A DNA stretch of 64,000 nt from an uncultured Candidatus Saccharibacteria bacterium. GTDB lineage: Bacteria; Patescibacteriota; Doudnabacteria; UBA920; VMFF01. The position numbers and the translations under genes are program-made. The notes beneath the pieces were generated by a model. That model was not told where the DNA came from. It saw nothing but the letters and a program-made list of their open reading frames with translations, and made no database searches. Shown one piece after another: positions 42,101 to 50,506 of this stretch. The stretch covers positions 3,800-67,799 of the forward strand of contig CAYIKZ010000002.1 in NCBI GenBank assembly GCA_964364285.1, given 5' to 3'. Position 1 is the first letter of the stretch; every line of letters begins with the position of its first letter.

Positions 42101-43106
42101 TCAAGACTGGTTGGATCAAAATCCAGGACAAGAACTTCCAGAATACTTTGTTACTGCAATGAGCCTTGCTCCTGAAGACCACGTTAGAGTTCAGGCAGCA
42201 GTTCAACGTTGGACAGACTCAGCAATTTCAAAGACCTGTAATGCCCCTTCAAACTACACTGTAGAAGACACTAAAAAGCTATACCAGATGATGTATGACC
42301 TTGGTTGCAAAGGTGGAACCATTTACCGTGATGGTTCAAGAGATGAACAAATCTTAGCAACAGATGCAAAGAACCTTGGTAAAGATGTTCAGGAACAACT
42401 AGAGGCAAAAGCAAAGATTGAAACACAAGTAACTCAAATTGTTCAAGAAGGACAAGATCTCTTACAAATTGGTGACCACAAGTTCTTGGTTAAAAAACTC
42501 ATTCAAAACGGAACTAAATTTGAAGTTGTACCAAGGGAACGTCCAATTGAGATGCAAGGAACAACATACAAATTAAATACGCCGTATGGTTCGCTCTTTG
42601 TAACCATAAACGAAGATGAGCATGGACCATTTGAAGTCTTTGCACAGCTTGGTAAAGCTGGTGGTTTTTTCGCAGCTCAATCAGAAGCTCTATGCAGAAT
42701 GATTTCCTTAAGTTTAAGATCAGGCGTTGCTGTAGAGGAAATAATCAAACAGTTGAAGGGAATTAGAAGTACTGAGGTTGCATTTAACCAAGGCGAGATA
42801 ATTTATTCATTGCCTGATGGTATTGCAAAGACCATGGAAAAGCACATCAATCGCAAACAGCAAAGCTTACAACTCCAATTCAAACAAGCAGAACCAGCAA
42901 AACTCGATTTAAAAGAAGAAGTCAAAATGACAGTTTCAGAAGGACCGGTAGAAGTAAGTTCTGTTGCGGAGTTTCAGCCTAAACAACAAAAGGTTTCAAT
43001 GGCAGACTATGGTCATGCGCCGGTTTGTCCAGATTGTTCTTCAATGCTTGTTATGGCAGAGGGATGTATGAAATGTGATGTCTGCGGATATTCTAAGTGC
43101 GGTTAA
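39150..43106 (+). CDS. nrdJ: Class II (adenosylcobalamin-dependent) ribonucleotide reductase, intein-containing
   Basis: NCYV, GGGVG, TNPCGEQPL, CNLG, APTGT, AISKT, TIYRDGSR, C-terminal TSCPD-like domain and Zn finger. Confidence 0.95.
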   Translation: MSENLQIRTKNALSELGEKIFLDRYAVKDAKKETLAVGDTVVINVNLKTGQREIGTVKEVDRFSKQVEVTLRDGTVEKRAIEHVDKPLETVPEQMFERIARHIASVEKTPEKQNEWQGKFRELMDDWKYVPAGRIFTGAGTGQNLTFYNCYVIPCPQDSRGGIFDTLRQMAEIMSRGGGVGINVSTLRPRYAYVKGVNGRSSGSVSWASLYSFVTGLIEQGGCFGPNERIATNVGLVPAKELADRVEAGEAIYAQTHKGMRRITAKFRNGVKELYEVTTERGFSTEITADHKVAVLLNGRVETTALKNLKQGDDILLLLGNATGQNYVSLKKSDYKRSVMSTTLNTDVRLPEMLNEDLAYLVGYMLGDGYVSWGKKVNWSAPKAVKMATADAYPEIRQRIVDAIQNLFGVDAVIEKGDGACQNVSLYSRIVIEWLLENGLLKSKAKDIRVPESIFRSPTSVTGSFIAGYFDADGCNRGAKGGYGIDSISREMLTDVQQLLAANGVLSAIRATDRTEQGWQTIYRLSVTGNQFKERFADLVSTAKRSDFNGKRDMFNTYPSEILAAVGVRSKDRQGIYDGTSPQVSFNQLVHIQKRLNTVEQYSAAQYLDDIMHTIPDTITAIKSVGKSDVYDFEVEDVHLLSGGGVYTSNSRRGALMLILNVWHPDIVDFINAKREAGKITNANISVGITDDFMEAVKNDADWDLVFPDTSDPLYQSEWAETQGDIKAWQKLGGKVVVHKTMKAKEIWDQIISSAWSSAEPGVYFIDRANYLSNSYYYAALPCTNPCGEQPLPAWGVCNLGHVNLAKHLTNNEVDWQKLKETVRYAVRFQDNVIDATPYFFDENFKQQMSERRVGMGTIGLAEMLIKLRIRYGSDQAIQFIDKLYQFIAVTSYETSVEIAREKGSFPQFDAEKFLESGYMKAMPEYIRSLVRQYGVRNVTIMTQAPTGTIGTMVGTSTGIEPFFSWTYFRKSRLGVHEEKIKLAQDWLDQNPGQELPEYFVTAMSLAPEDHVRVQAAVQRWTDSAISKTCNAPSNYTVEDTKKLYQMMYDLGCKGGTIYRDGSRDEQILATDAKNLGKDVQEQLEAKAKIETQVTQIVQEGQDLLQIGDHKFLVKKLIQNGTKFEVVPRERPIEMQGTTYKLNTPYGSLFVTINEDEHGPFEVFAQLGKAGGFFAAQSEALCRMISLSLRSGVAVEEIIKQLKGIRSTEVAFNQGEIIYSLPDGIAKTMEKHINRKQQSLQLQFKQAEPAKLDLKEEVKMTVSEGPVEVSSVAEFQPKQQKVSMADYGHAPVCPDCSSMLVMAEGCMKCDVCGYSKCG
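39816..41099 (+). mobile_element. Intein (428 aa) with LAGLIDADG homing endonuclease in nrdJ
   Basis: EQGG|CFGPNERI...ITADHKV...LAYLVGYMLGDG...FIAGYFDADG...VYDFEVEDVHLLSGGGVYTSN|SRRGA; removal restores the QGGSRRGA RNR motif. Confidence 0.95.
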
Positions 43107-43117
43107 TTAAAGAACTT

Positions 43118-43149
43118 AAAGAAATCGCCTTAGAGGCGATTTTCTTTTT
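43118..43149 (+). terminator. Intrinsic terminator after nrdJ
   Basis: AAAGAAATCGCCT-tag-AGGCGATTTTCTTTT. Confidence 0.75.
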
Positions 43150-43155
43150 ACTAAA

Positions 43156-43407
43156 ATGATCCTAAAAGTAAAAGCTCATCCTAAATCTAAAAAAAGAATG
43201 CTCAAGAAAATTTCCAATACTGAAGTCGAAGTTTGGATTCATGAAGAACCAATAGAAGGGAAGGCTAACAAAGCAATCATAGAGCTTTTGTCTGAAGAAC
43301 TAGAAATCCCTAAGAGTTTGATTAGTATAAAGTCGGGGAGCGCTTCTAAACAAAAAAGCTTTGAGATACAAGGCAAGCCCAAAATGCCAAGAGACTTGTT
43401 TGGGTAA
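43156..43407 (+). CDS. DUF167/YggU family protein
   Basis: VKAHPKSK...PIEGKANKAIIELLS...ISIKSGSASKQK. Confidence 0.88.
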   Translation: MILKVKAHPKSKKRMLKKISNTEVEVWIHEEPIEGKANKAIIELLSEELEIPKSLISIKSGSASKQKSFEIQGKPKMPRDLFG

Positions 43408-43409
43408 TC

Positions 43410-43472
43410 AAAAGCCCCGATTGCTCGGGGCTAGAGAATTTACACGAGTTCTTAGGGAACGTAGACCTAACA
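43410..43472 (-). ncRNA. Putative ~62-nt small RNA complementary to the adjacent tRNA-like element
   Basis: Minus-strand promoter TTGACG(43506-43501)-17nt-TACATT(43483-43478); ends in GCAA-tetraloop terminator AGCCCCGA-GCAA-TCGGGGCT-TTT; 5' end TGTTAGGTCTAC is the exact complement of 12 nt of the element upstream. Confidence 0.5.
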
Positions 43473-43511
43473 AAGACAATGTAGCAAAACAATTGTAGAA
43501 CGTCAATATTT

Positions 43512-43586
43512 TGGTGGACCCCAGGGGAATCGAACCCCGCGTGTAAAATGTTAGGTCTACACTGTTCACCTGAAGCTTTTAGGCCC
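43512..43586 (-). ncRNA. Non-canonical tRNA-like / tmRNA tRNA-like-domain-like RNA (75 nt)
   Basis: GGGCCTA...GGGGTTCGATTCCCC...GGGGTCC-A-CCA: acceptor stem with G3.U wobble, discriminator A, T-arm and encoded CCA; no D-stem; 7-bp central stem with 8-nt loop; extended -10 TGtTATGAT just upstream. Confidence 0.65.
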
Positions 43587-43651
43587 AGGAACAAATCATA
43601 ACAAACTCAAATTAAATAAAGATTAAACATAGATAATTATTCAAATCCGTT

Positions 43652-44233
43652 ATGTCTAAAGGCCTAAACATCTACTATTTCGGGAAAGGAAAAGGAAAAA
43701 CCACAGCAGTGATGGGTCTTGCTGTTCGTGCTGCTGGTGCTTCTTTGGATGTTTGCATTTTGCAGTTTGTAAAAGCAAAACAACCAAAAAAAGGAGACCG
43801 TTTACAAAGTGGAGAATGGCCTGTTTCAAATGAGTTTTTGTATTTCAATGCAAATAAAACAAACAAGGTTGGTAAAATTGAAAGCAAACAAGTTGGAGCT
43901 GGATTTGTTGGAATATTAGGTGACAAAAAACAAAGAGCAATCCATATTAAAGTTGCAAAACAAGGATTAAAAGAAGCTGAGAAAATATTTGAATCCAAAA
44001 AATACCAGCTCGTAATTCTAGATGAGCTCATTTCTGCTCTTGAACTTAAACTAGTAACTGAAAAAGAAGTCCTTAACCTCATTTCAAAAAAACCTAAAGA
44101 ATTACACCTTGCATACACAGGTCACGATGCTTTCAAAAAGATAATAGAGGTTTCAGATTTGGTTTCTGAAGTAAAAATGATTAAGCACCCATATTACAAA
44201 GGAATCATGGCAATTAGGGGCATAGATTTTTAA
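43652..44233 (+). CDS. cobO: Cob(I)alamin adenosyltransferase (CobO/BtuR type)
   Basis: GKGKGKTTA, LQFVK, LVILDEL, TG and KHPYYKG..A.RGIDF. Confidence 0.9.
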   Translation: MSKGLNIYYFGKGKGKTTAVMGLAVRAAGASLDVCILQFVKAKQPKKGDRLQSGEWPVSNEFLYFNANKTNKVGKIESKQVGAGFVGILGDKKQRAIHIKVAKQGLKEAEKIFESKKYQLVILDELISALELKLVTEKEVLNLISKKPKELHLAYTGHDAFKKIIEVSDLVSEVKMIKHPYYKGIMAIRGIDF

Positions 44234-44277
44234 TTGTGATATACTAATATCACTAGAAAATATTAGGGAGAAAAAAA

Positions 44278-44736
44278 ATGATGGAAAACAAACAAAAAAT
44301 ATTAGTTGGTCTAGTCGTTCTTTTAGCAATCGCTTTAATATCAATGCTTTTGTTAAAGAACAATGCTAAACAAAATAAGCAAGCAGAACAACCCAAGATA
44401 AATAGAGTAGATGCACCTAAGGGCAAAATCGTTTCTGGTTTCCCACAAGCATTAATAGTTGATAGTTCAGCAGAGACCCAGTCCAGCTACACTATAAAGT
44501 ACGAGACAGAGAATCAATACACGGCAAGCTTTAAGACAGACAAGAGCGTCAAAGATGAATACAGTGCATACATATCTTTCTTCGAAAAGAATAAGTATGA
44601 GGTTGTAAACAAGTCAGAAGGACCGGTTGTTTCATCAATCTATGCGAAAGATGCCTCCGGAGAAGTTAACGTAGTCATAAGCAGGCTTGAAAAAGACACC
44701 CAAACCTCAGTTGTTGTTTCTTATCTGAAGAAATAA
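44278..44736 (+). CDS. Hypothetical exported/membrane-anchored protein
   Basis: N-terminal TM helix; 152 aa. Confidence 0.7.
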   Translation: MMENKQKILVGLVVLLAIALISMLLLKNNAKQNKQAEQPKINRVDAPKGKIVSGFPQALIVDSSAETQSSYTIKYETENQYTASFKTDKSVKDEYSAYISFFEKNKYEVVNKSEGPVVSSIYAKDASGEVNVVISRLEKDTQTSVVVSYLKK

Positions 44737-44797
44737 CGCAAAGAGAATACAAAAACCGACTGTTTCAAAGCCGGTTTTTTTCTGTTAAAATATAACT

Positions 44798-46123
44798 ATG
44801 AAATTAATAGAACCACGAAATCTAAAGGGCTTCAGAGACTATCTGCCAACAGATCAGATTCCAAGAGCCATCATGTTTTCAAAAATCAAAGCAGTCTTTG
44901 AGCGTTTTGGGTTTGAGCCATTAGAAACGCCTGTTTTAGAATATGAGGATATTCTAGCTGGTAAATATGGAGTTGAAGGCGAGAAACTAATGTATCGCTT
45001 CAAAGACAATGGTGAAAGAGATGTTGCCATGCGATATGACCTAACAGTTCCACTAGCAAGAGTTTCAGCTCAATACCAAAACGAACTTCCAAAACCTTTC
45101 AAGAGATATCAGATTGCTCCAGTGTGGAGAGCAGAGAATACACAAAAAGGAAGATATCGCGAGTTCTATCAATGTGATGTTGATGTTGTTGGAGCACCTG
45201 CTGGTGTTGCAGATGCTGAATGTATTGCTATGGTAGAACAGATTTTCTTAGAGCTGGGTATAAAGAAATTTGTTGTTAAAGTAAACAACAGAAAAATATT
45301 GAATGCGATAATGCTGACAGCAGGGGTTTCAGAAGACAAGATACTAGATGCGATAAGAGCCATAGACAAGTTGGATAAGGTTGGAGCAAAAGCAGTTGTT
45401 TTAGAACTAAAAGAAAAAGTTGGATTAAGCTTAAACGAAGCTGAAGGCTTAATTACCCTTGCTTCAACAAAAGTTCCTGATATTGGTGCCCTAAAAGCAT
45501 TCATAAACAAATACATCCTTAAACAACCTCAAGGACAAGAAGGCTTTGATGAACTAAACAGTGTTTTTACAGCCTTAAAAGCTTTTGGAATAAAAAACGT
45601 TGAGATTGATCTTTCATTAGCTCGTGGTCTTGATTACTATACTTCGACAATCTTTGAAACAATCATTACTGAAACAGTAGACTCCAGAAAATATGGTTCA
45701 GTAGCTGGTGGTGGTAGATACGACAAATTAATCAAGCTTTTTACAGGCAAAGATGTTCCTGCTGTTGGTATTTCAATTGGTATTGATCGTTTGTTTGCAG
45801 CAATGGAAGACCTTGGTTTAGTTAAAAAACAAGGCATTGTTTCAGTATTGGTCTTAAACATGGAAGAATCTCTTCAAAAAGGATACTTAAAGATTGTTTC
45901 AGACTTGAGAAAAGCTGGTATTAATTCAGAGTTTTACTATATTCCTTCAGAAATGAAAAAGCAGTTTGCTTTTGCAGAAGCAAAAAACATCCCATATGGA
46001 ATACTTTTTGGTTTAGAAGAAGCAAAAAAAGGAACAGTTACCTTAAGAGACTTAAAAACAAGAAAACAAAAGACCGTTAAACAAAAAGACCTTCCAAAGG
46101 AATTAAAAAAACTTTTAAAATAG
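44798..46123 (+). CDS. hisS: Histidine--tRNA ligase (intact)
   Basis: RYDLTVP, WRAENTQKGRYREFYQCDVD, LARGLDYY, GGGRYD and GIDR. Confidence 0.97.
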   Translation: MKLIEPRNLKGFRDYLPTDQIPRAIMFSKIKAVFERFGFEPLETPVLEYEDILAGKYGVEGEKLMYRFKDNGERDVAMRYDLTVPLARVSAQYQNELPKPFKRYQIAPVWRAENTQKGRYREFYQCDVDVVGAPAGVADAECIAMVEQIFLELGIKKFVVKVNNRKILNAIMLTAGVSEDKILDAIRAIDKLDKVGAKAVVLELKEKVGLSLNEAEGLITLASTKVPDIGALKAFINKYILKQPQGQEGFDELNSVFTALKAFGIKNVEIDLSLARGLDYYTSTIFETIITETVDSRKYGSVAGGGRYDKLIKLFTGKDVPAVGISIGIDRLFAAMEDLGLVKKQGIVSVLVLNMEESLQKGYLKIVSDLRKAGINSEFYYIPSEMKKQFAFAEAKNIPYGILFGLEEAKKGTVTLRDLKTRKQKTVKQKDLPKELKKLLK

Positions 46124-46161
46124 TTAAGAAATATTTAATCTCAAGATGCTAGACTTGCAAA

Positions 46162-47601
46162 ATGAACAAGTCTAGCATTTTTGTTTGGGGAATTAGTTTT
46201 TTCCTTCTAGGTTCTTTCCTGGGAGTTAGCAAACAGACGGGGATAATACTTCCGTTGATTCTTTTTGTGTTTGGGTTGTTTTGCTCTTTTAAGATTAAAG
46301 AGAGGAGGTTAAAAATATCCGCAATATTTCTTGTTTTCTTCTTGCTTGGTTTTTTGAAAGCAGAGGTCTCTTCTTGGGAAGAAAGTAAATACTCCAAATA
46401 CTATGGCCAAAAAGCTTTCTTCAAAGCAACAATTGCGAAAGACCCTGAAACATACAAACAAAAATTTAAAAGAATAACCCTAAAGCCCGAGGGATTTGAT
46501 CAGATGCTTTTAACAACGTTTTTTACAAGAGACCAGTATTTCTACGGAGATCATGTTTTTGTAAGTGGAAAGATAAAAGAACCAAGAAGTGATGATGATT
46601 TTAACTACAAAAGATATCTTCAATCAAAAAATATCTATGCTCAGATTTCTTCTCCTGAAATCTTTGTCCTTACAAAAGCAAATGGTTTTACTTTAAACTC
46701 TAATCCAGCAATATTCTGGAGCTTGAAATTTAAACACTGGGTTTACAAACAATTTCAACAAAAGCTTCCAAAAGAACAGGCTGGTCTTTTGGTTTCCTTG
46801 CTAGTGGGACAAAAAGAGTTGCTTTCAGAACAAACAATTACAGAGTTTACCAAAGCAGGTTTGGCTCATATAATCGCGGTGTCGGGATTTACACTCACTT
46901 TAATCCTTCTTTTCTGTAGCAAACTAGGTGCGTATATTGGTAAAAAGAAGGCTTGGGCAATTTGTTTAGCGGTTGCTTTCCTTTATATTGTAATGGCTGA
47001 TTTTGCCGCTGGTGTCATACGAGCAGCTTTGATGTCAGGAATATTTGTTTTTGGGAAAAGCTTTGGTAGACAATACACGCTTTTGCCAGCTTTAGCTTTC
47101 ACAGCTGGAGCTTTGGTTTTTCTTAACCCTTTGATAATAAAGTATGACATTGGGTTTATGCTTTCTTTTCTTTCAATTCTCGGAATATTGTTCTTTGTTC
47201 CACCACTTGAAATCCTTCTTGAAAAAATACATATTCCAAAAAGATTTGAAATACGAAGCATTATTGCAACAACCCTGGCTGCTGAAATTGTTACAGTCCC
47301 ATTAACCCTTTATTATTTTCAACAATTTTCAGTTGTTGCACCACTTTCTAATCTGCTAATCCTTCCTATTCTTCCGATCTGTCTTGCTTTAGGGTACTTG
47401 GTTTGTTTTCCTTTGATAGGTTTTTTGATTGCAAAAATTCTTTTGATCCCTTTAAACTATTGCTTGTTTGTTGTTTCAACACTCTCTTCATTCAAATATT
47501 CAACCTTAAATTTTAAGATTCAAGCAAGCGTTTTAATCCTGGCATACATAGGTATTTTTCTCTTCTACAGAGCTTTAATGCGAAAGTTGAAAGATGTTTA
47601 A
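46162..47601 (+). CDS. comEC: ComEC/Rec2 competence membrane protein (no MBL domain)
   Basis: OB-like region, GLAHIIAVSG, RAALM, NP..YDIGFMLSF and NL..LP. Confidence 0.9.
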   Translation: MNKSSIFVWGISFFLLGSFLGVSKQTGIILPLILFVFGLFCSFKIKERRLKISAIFLVFFLLGFLKAEVSSWEESKYSKYYGQKAFFKATIAKDPETYKQKFKRITLKPEGFDQMLLTTFFTRDQYFYGDHVFVSGKIKEPRSDDDFNYKRYLQSKNIYAQISSPEIFVLTKANGFTLNSNPAIFWSLKFKHWVYKQFQQKLPKEQAGLLVSLLVGQKELLSEQTITEFTKAGLAHIIAVSGFTLTLILLFCSKLGAYIGKKKAWAICLAVAFLYIVMADFAAGVIRAALMSGIFVFGKSFGRQYTLLPALAFTAGALVFLNPLIIKYDIGFMLSFLSILGILFFVPPLEILLEKIHIPKRFEIRSIIATTLAAEIVTVPLTLYYFQQFSVVAPLSNLLILPILPICLALGYLVCFPLIGFLIAKILLIPLNYCLFVVSTLSSFKYSTLNFKIQASVLILAYIGIFLFYRALMRKLKDV

Positions 47602-47641
47602 TAGTTTGTTAAAATACCCAAGTAATTAAGCAAAATACAAG

Positions 47642-48358
47642 ATGACAAGAGCAGTTAAAATTTCAAGTGTAATTGCGGCAATAATCGTCATTGCTGCTGT
47701 AGTAATAATCGTTAAGAATAATAAAGGGGGAAGCAGAGAGGAAGTAAAAGATATGGCTAGTCAGACAGAAAACAAGCAAGCTGAGAATCAGAGCAATCCA
47801 TGTGCTGATGCATCACAAAAAGACAGCAACGGTAAGTTTAAACCAGCTGTAGACATTGCAAACAAAACAGCAGTTCTACAAACCAGCATGGGTGTAATCT
47901 CAATCAAGCTGTATGATCAGGATGTTCCAAAGACAGTTCAGAACTTTGTCTGTTTAATCCAAAAAGGGTACTATGATGGTATTAAATTTCATAGAGTCTC
48001 GCATGGATTTGTAATTCAAGCAGGGGATCCGACTGGAACAGGTGCTGGTGGTGAAAGTATCTTTGGCGGAAAATTTGAAGATGAACTAAATCAAGACACA
48101 GCTTCATATAAAGAAGGGTATGTTGAAGGAGTAGTAGCAATGGCAAATTCAGGACCAAACACAAATGGATCACAGTTCTTCATAATGACAGATACACGAA
48201 AAGATCTTCCAAATGCGTACACAATCTTTGGTAAAGTAACCATAGGTCTCGATGTTGTTAAGAAGATTGGCGCTGTTCCCGTAGAACCAGGTCCTTTTGG
48301 AACAGAAGATGGTGCTCCTAAGACCCCTGTTTTAATAAACAAAGCAATAATTAAATAA
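47642..48358 (+). CDS. Cyclophilin-type peptidyl-prolyl isomerase, membrane anchored
   Basis: FHRV, QAGDPTGTGAGG, AMANSGPNTNGSQFFI and YTIFGKV. Confidence 0.95.
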   Translation: MTRAVKISSVIAAIIVIAAVVIIVKNNKGGSREEVKDMASQTENKQAENQSNPCADASQKDSNGKFKPAVDIANKTAVLQTSMGVISIKLYDQDVPKTVQNFVCLIQKGYYDGIKFHRVSHGFVIQAGDPTGTGAGGESIFGGKFEDELNQDTASYKEGYVEGVVAMANSGPNTNGSQFFIMTDTRKDLPNAYTIFGKVTIGLDVVKKIGAVPVEPGPFGTEDGAPKTPVLINKAIIK

Positions 48359-48367
48359 TAGAAAAAT

Positions 48368-48859
48368 ATGGAAAGAACATTAGTATTACTAAAACCAGAC
48401 GCAGTTAGCAGGGGATTAGTTGGTGAAATAACTCAGCGTTTTGAGAGGGTTGGATTAAAAATTGCTGGTATGAAAATGGTTCAACCAGACGAGGATATTG
48501 CGACAAAACAGTACCACGACCTTGGTGAAAGAAAAGGCGCTGATGTTTTGAGAGTAACAGTTGAAATGTTAGTATCAGGTCCTGTTGTTGCAATTGTTTT
48601 TGAGGGAATAGAAGCAGTTGAATTGGTTAGAAAAATGGCTGGATCAACAGAACCAAAAGCAGCGGCTCCAGGAACCATACGAGGAGACTACTCACACATT
48701 TCCTTCAAGCATGCTGATGTAAAGAAAATTGGTGTTAAGAATTTAATCCATGCATCAGGATCAGTAGAGGATGCGGAAAAAGAGATTCCTATTTGGTTTG
48801 AAGAAGAAGAGTTAATTCAACACACTCCGTCATACGCAAAACACACATTAGGTGAATAA
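48368..48859 (+). CDS. ndk: Nucleoside diphosphate kinase
   Basis: ERTLVLLKPDAV, PGTIRGD and NLIHAS. Confidence 0.96.
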   Translation: MERTLVLLKPDAVSRGLVGEITQRFERVGLKIAGMKMVQPDEDIATKQYHDLGERKGADVLRVTVEMLVSGPVVAIVFEGIEAVELVRKMAGSTEPKAAAPGTIRGDYSHISFKHADVKKIGVKNLIHASGSVEDAEKEIPIWFEEEELIQHTPSYAKHTLGE

Positions 48860-48887
48860 CTAAAAAAGAACCTCATCTGAGGTTCTT

Positions 48888-50369
48888 TTACTTTCTCTTA
48901 ATCAAGTTTTTTAAAGTGTTAAATATCCCACTTTGATTTTCATTCAAGTAGTGCCGTATTTTATGCTTTGCATTAGATGTTTTAACCTGTTTTAACCAAT
49001 CCTGTGAAATCTTTACAGGTTTTTTTGTTTTAATAATCTCAACAACATCACCGCTGTGAAGCGCGTGATCAATCTTTACCATCTTGCCATTAACTTTAGC
49101 GCCCATCATAAAGAAGCCAAGATCAGAGTGAACTGAAAAAGCAAAATCAATTGGAGTTGCTCCCTCAGGAAGATCTTTAACATCTCCTTTTGGTGTTAAG
49201 ACGAAAATACGGTCTTGGAAAAAATCAATCTTTAGAGCCTGCAAGAAATCCTCTGCATTCTTAACCTCATCCTGCATACTTTGCAAGTCTTCAACCCACT
49301 GAACTTTGAAGCTGTTAATATCATCACTTTTGCCCTCTTCCTCATATACCCAGTGTGCAGCAATACCACGCTCAGCTTCATCATGCATTTGTTCTGTTCT
49401 AATTTGTATTTCAAAAACATTCTTTTCAGAGTCAAAAACAGTCGTGTGAATAGAGCGGTAGCCATTTGGTTTAGGCAGGGCAATGAAGTCCTTAACACGC
49501 CCAGGAAGAGGCTGTAAGTGCTTATGAATAGCTCCAAGGGCTGCATAACAGTCAGCAGTTGATTGTGTAATCACTCTTAAAGCTATCAAATCATAAATCT
49601 TGTTAACATCCCCGTCATAGCGGGGAAGTTTTTTGTATAGCGAGTAAACACGTTTAACCCTTCCTTTTAAATCCTCAAACTTAACACCTTCGGTTTTTAG
49701 GATAGTTGAAACATCTCTTTGTAGTTTCTTCAAGGCAGACTGTCTTCCAGAAAGAGCAGCTTCCAAAACTTCCTTTGTTTTCTTAAATGCTTCTGGGTTT
49801 GCAATTTCAAAAGCCGTGTCTTCTAATTCATCCTTCCATTCTCCAATACCCAAACGGTTTGCAATAGGGGCAAAAATTTCAAGAGTTTCTTCTGCAATTC
49901 TTTTTTGTTTTTCTTTTTTAACATATTGGATAGTGCGCATATTATGAATTCGATCAGCAAGCTTAATCAAAATGACACGAATATCTTTAGATGTTGCCAC
50001 AAACATCTTGCGCAGATTTTCAACATAATACTTGTCTTTGCTGTTTCTTAAACGTACTTTTCCTAGTTTAGTTACTCCATCAACTAAAGACGCAACTTCT
50101 TTGCCAAATTCTTTTTCAATTTCTAAAAGACCAACCTTAGTGTCTTCTGGAACATCATGCAAAAGTGTTGCAGCTATAGTTGTTGCATTTGGAAAAATTC
50201 TTCCGAGAATCAAAGCAGCTTCTTGAGGGTGTATGACATACTCTTCTCCGGAAAATCGTTTCTGCCCTTTATGTGCAGCCTCCGCAAACTTAAAAGCACG
50301 CTCTAAAAGCTCTTTGTTCTTGTCTTTAAACTTAAATTGAATCTTACTTAGAAATCCGTTAAAATCCAT
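48888..50369 (-). CDS. RelA/SpoT family (p)ppGpp synthetase/hydrolase, HD-SYNTH-TGS, C-terminally short
   Basis: H.GQKR.SGEEYVIHP, LHDVPED, KLADRIHNMRT, YRSIHT, EIQIRT and TGS (TPIDFAFSVHS). Confidence 0.93.
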   Translation of the reverse strand: MDFNGFLSKIQFKFKDKNKELLERAFKFAEAAHKGQKRFSGEEYVIHPQEAALILGRIFPNATTIAATLLHDVPEDTKVGLLEIEKEFGKEVASLVDGVTKLGKVRLRNSKDKYYVENLRKMFVATSKDIRVILIKLADRIHNMRTIQYVKKEKQKRIAEETLEIFAPIANRLGIGEWKDELEDTAFEIANPEAFKKTKEVLEAALSGRQSALKKLQRDVSTILKTEGVKFEDLKGRVKRVYSLYKKLPRYDGDVNKIYDLIALRVITQSTADCYAALGAIHKHLQPLPGRVKDFIALPKPNGYRSIHTTVFDSEKNVFEIQIRTEQMHDEAERGIAAHWVYEEEGKSDDINSFKVQWVEDLQSMQDEVKNAEDFLQALKIDFFQDRIFVLTPKGDVKDLPEGATPIDFAFSVHSDLGFFMMGAKVNGKMVKIDHALHSGDVVEIIKTKKPVKISQDWLKQVKTSNAKHKIRHYLNENQSGIFNTLKNLIKRK

Positions 50370-50506
50370 ATATTTCCATCCCCCCTAATTATATGCCACA
50401 ACTACCATAACCAGAAACAAGTTGTCAAAGGTAAAAAATTTAAGTCCCAAGACTTAATCCATTAATTTGATATACTGCTTAAAGAAGCCTTAAACAAGGA
50501 GCATCT

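Noticed and set aside
43512-43586. Amber suppressor or pyrrolysine tRNA (CTA in the loop)
   Set aside because: CTA is not centred in a 7-nt loop with U33, and no pyl genes are present in the window.
43410-43600. Complete or circularly permuted tmRNA (ssrA)
   Set aside because: No tag-peptide reading frame or pseudoknot region, and no second GGGC-starting piece after the CCA; reported instead as a tRNA-like element.
48888-50369. Short RelA/SpoT as a truncated pseudogene or novelty
   Set aside because: Catalytic motifs are intact and the ORF ends cleanly at a terminator; forms lacking the C-terminal regulatory domains are, to my knowledge, common in reduced genomes.
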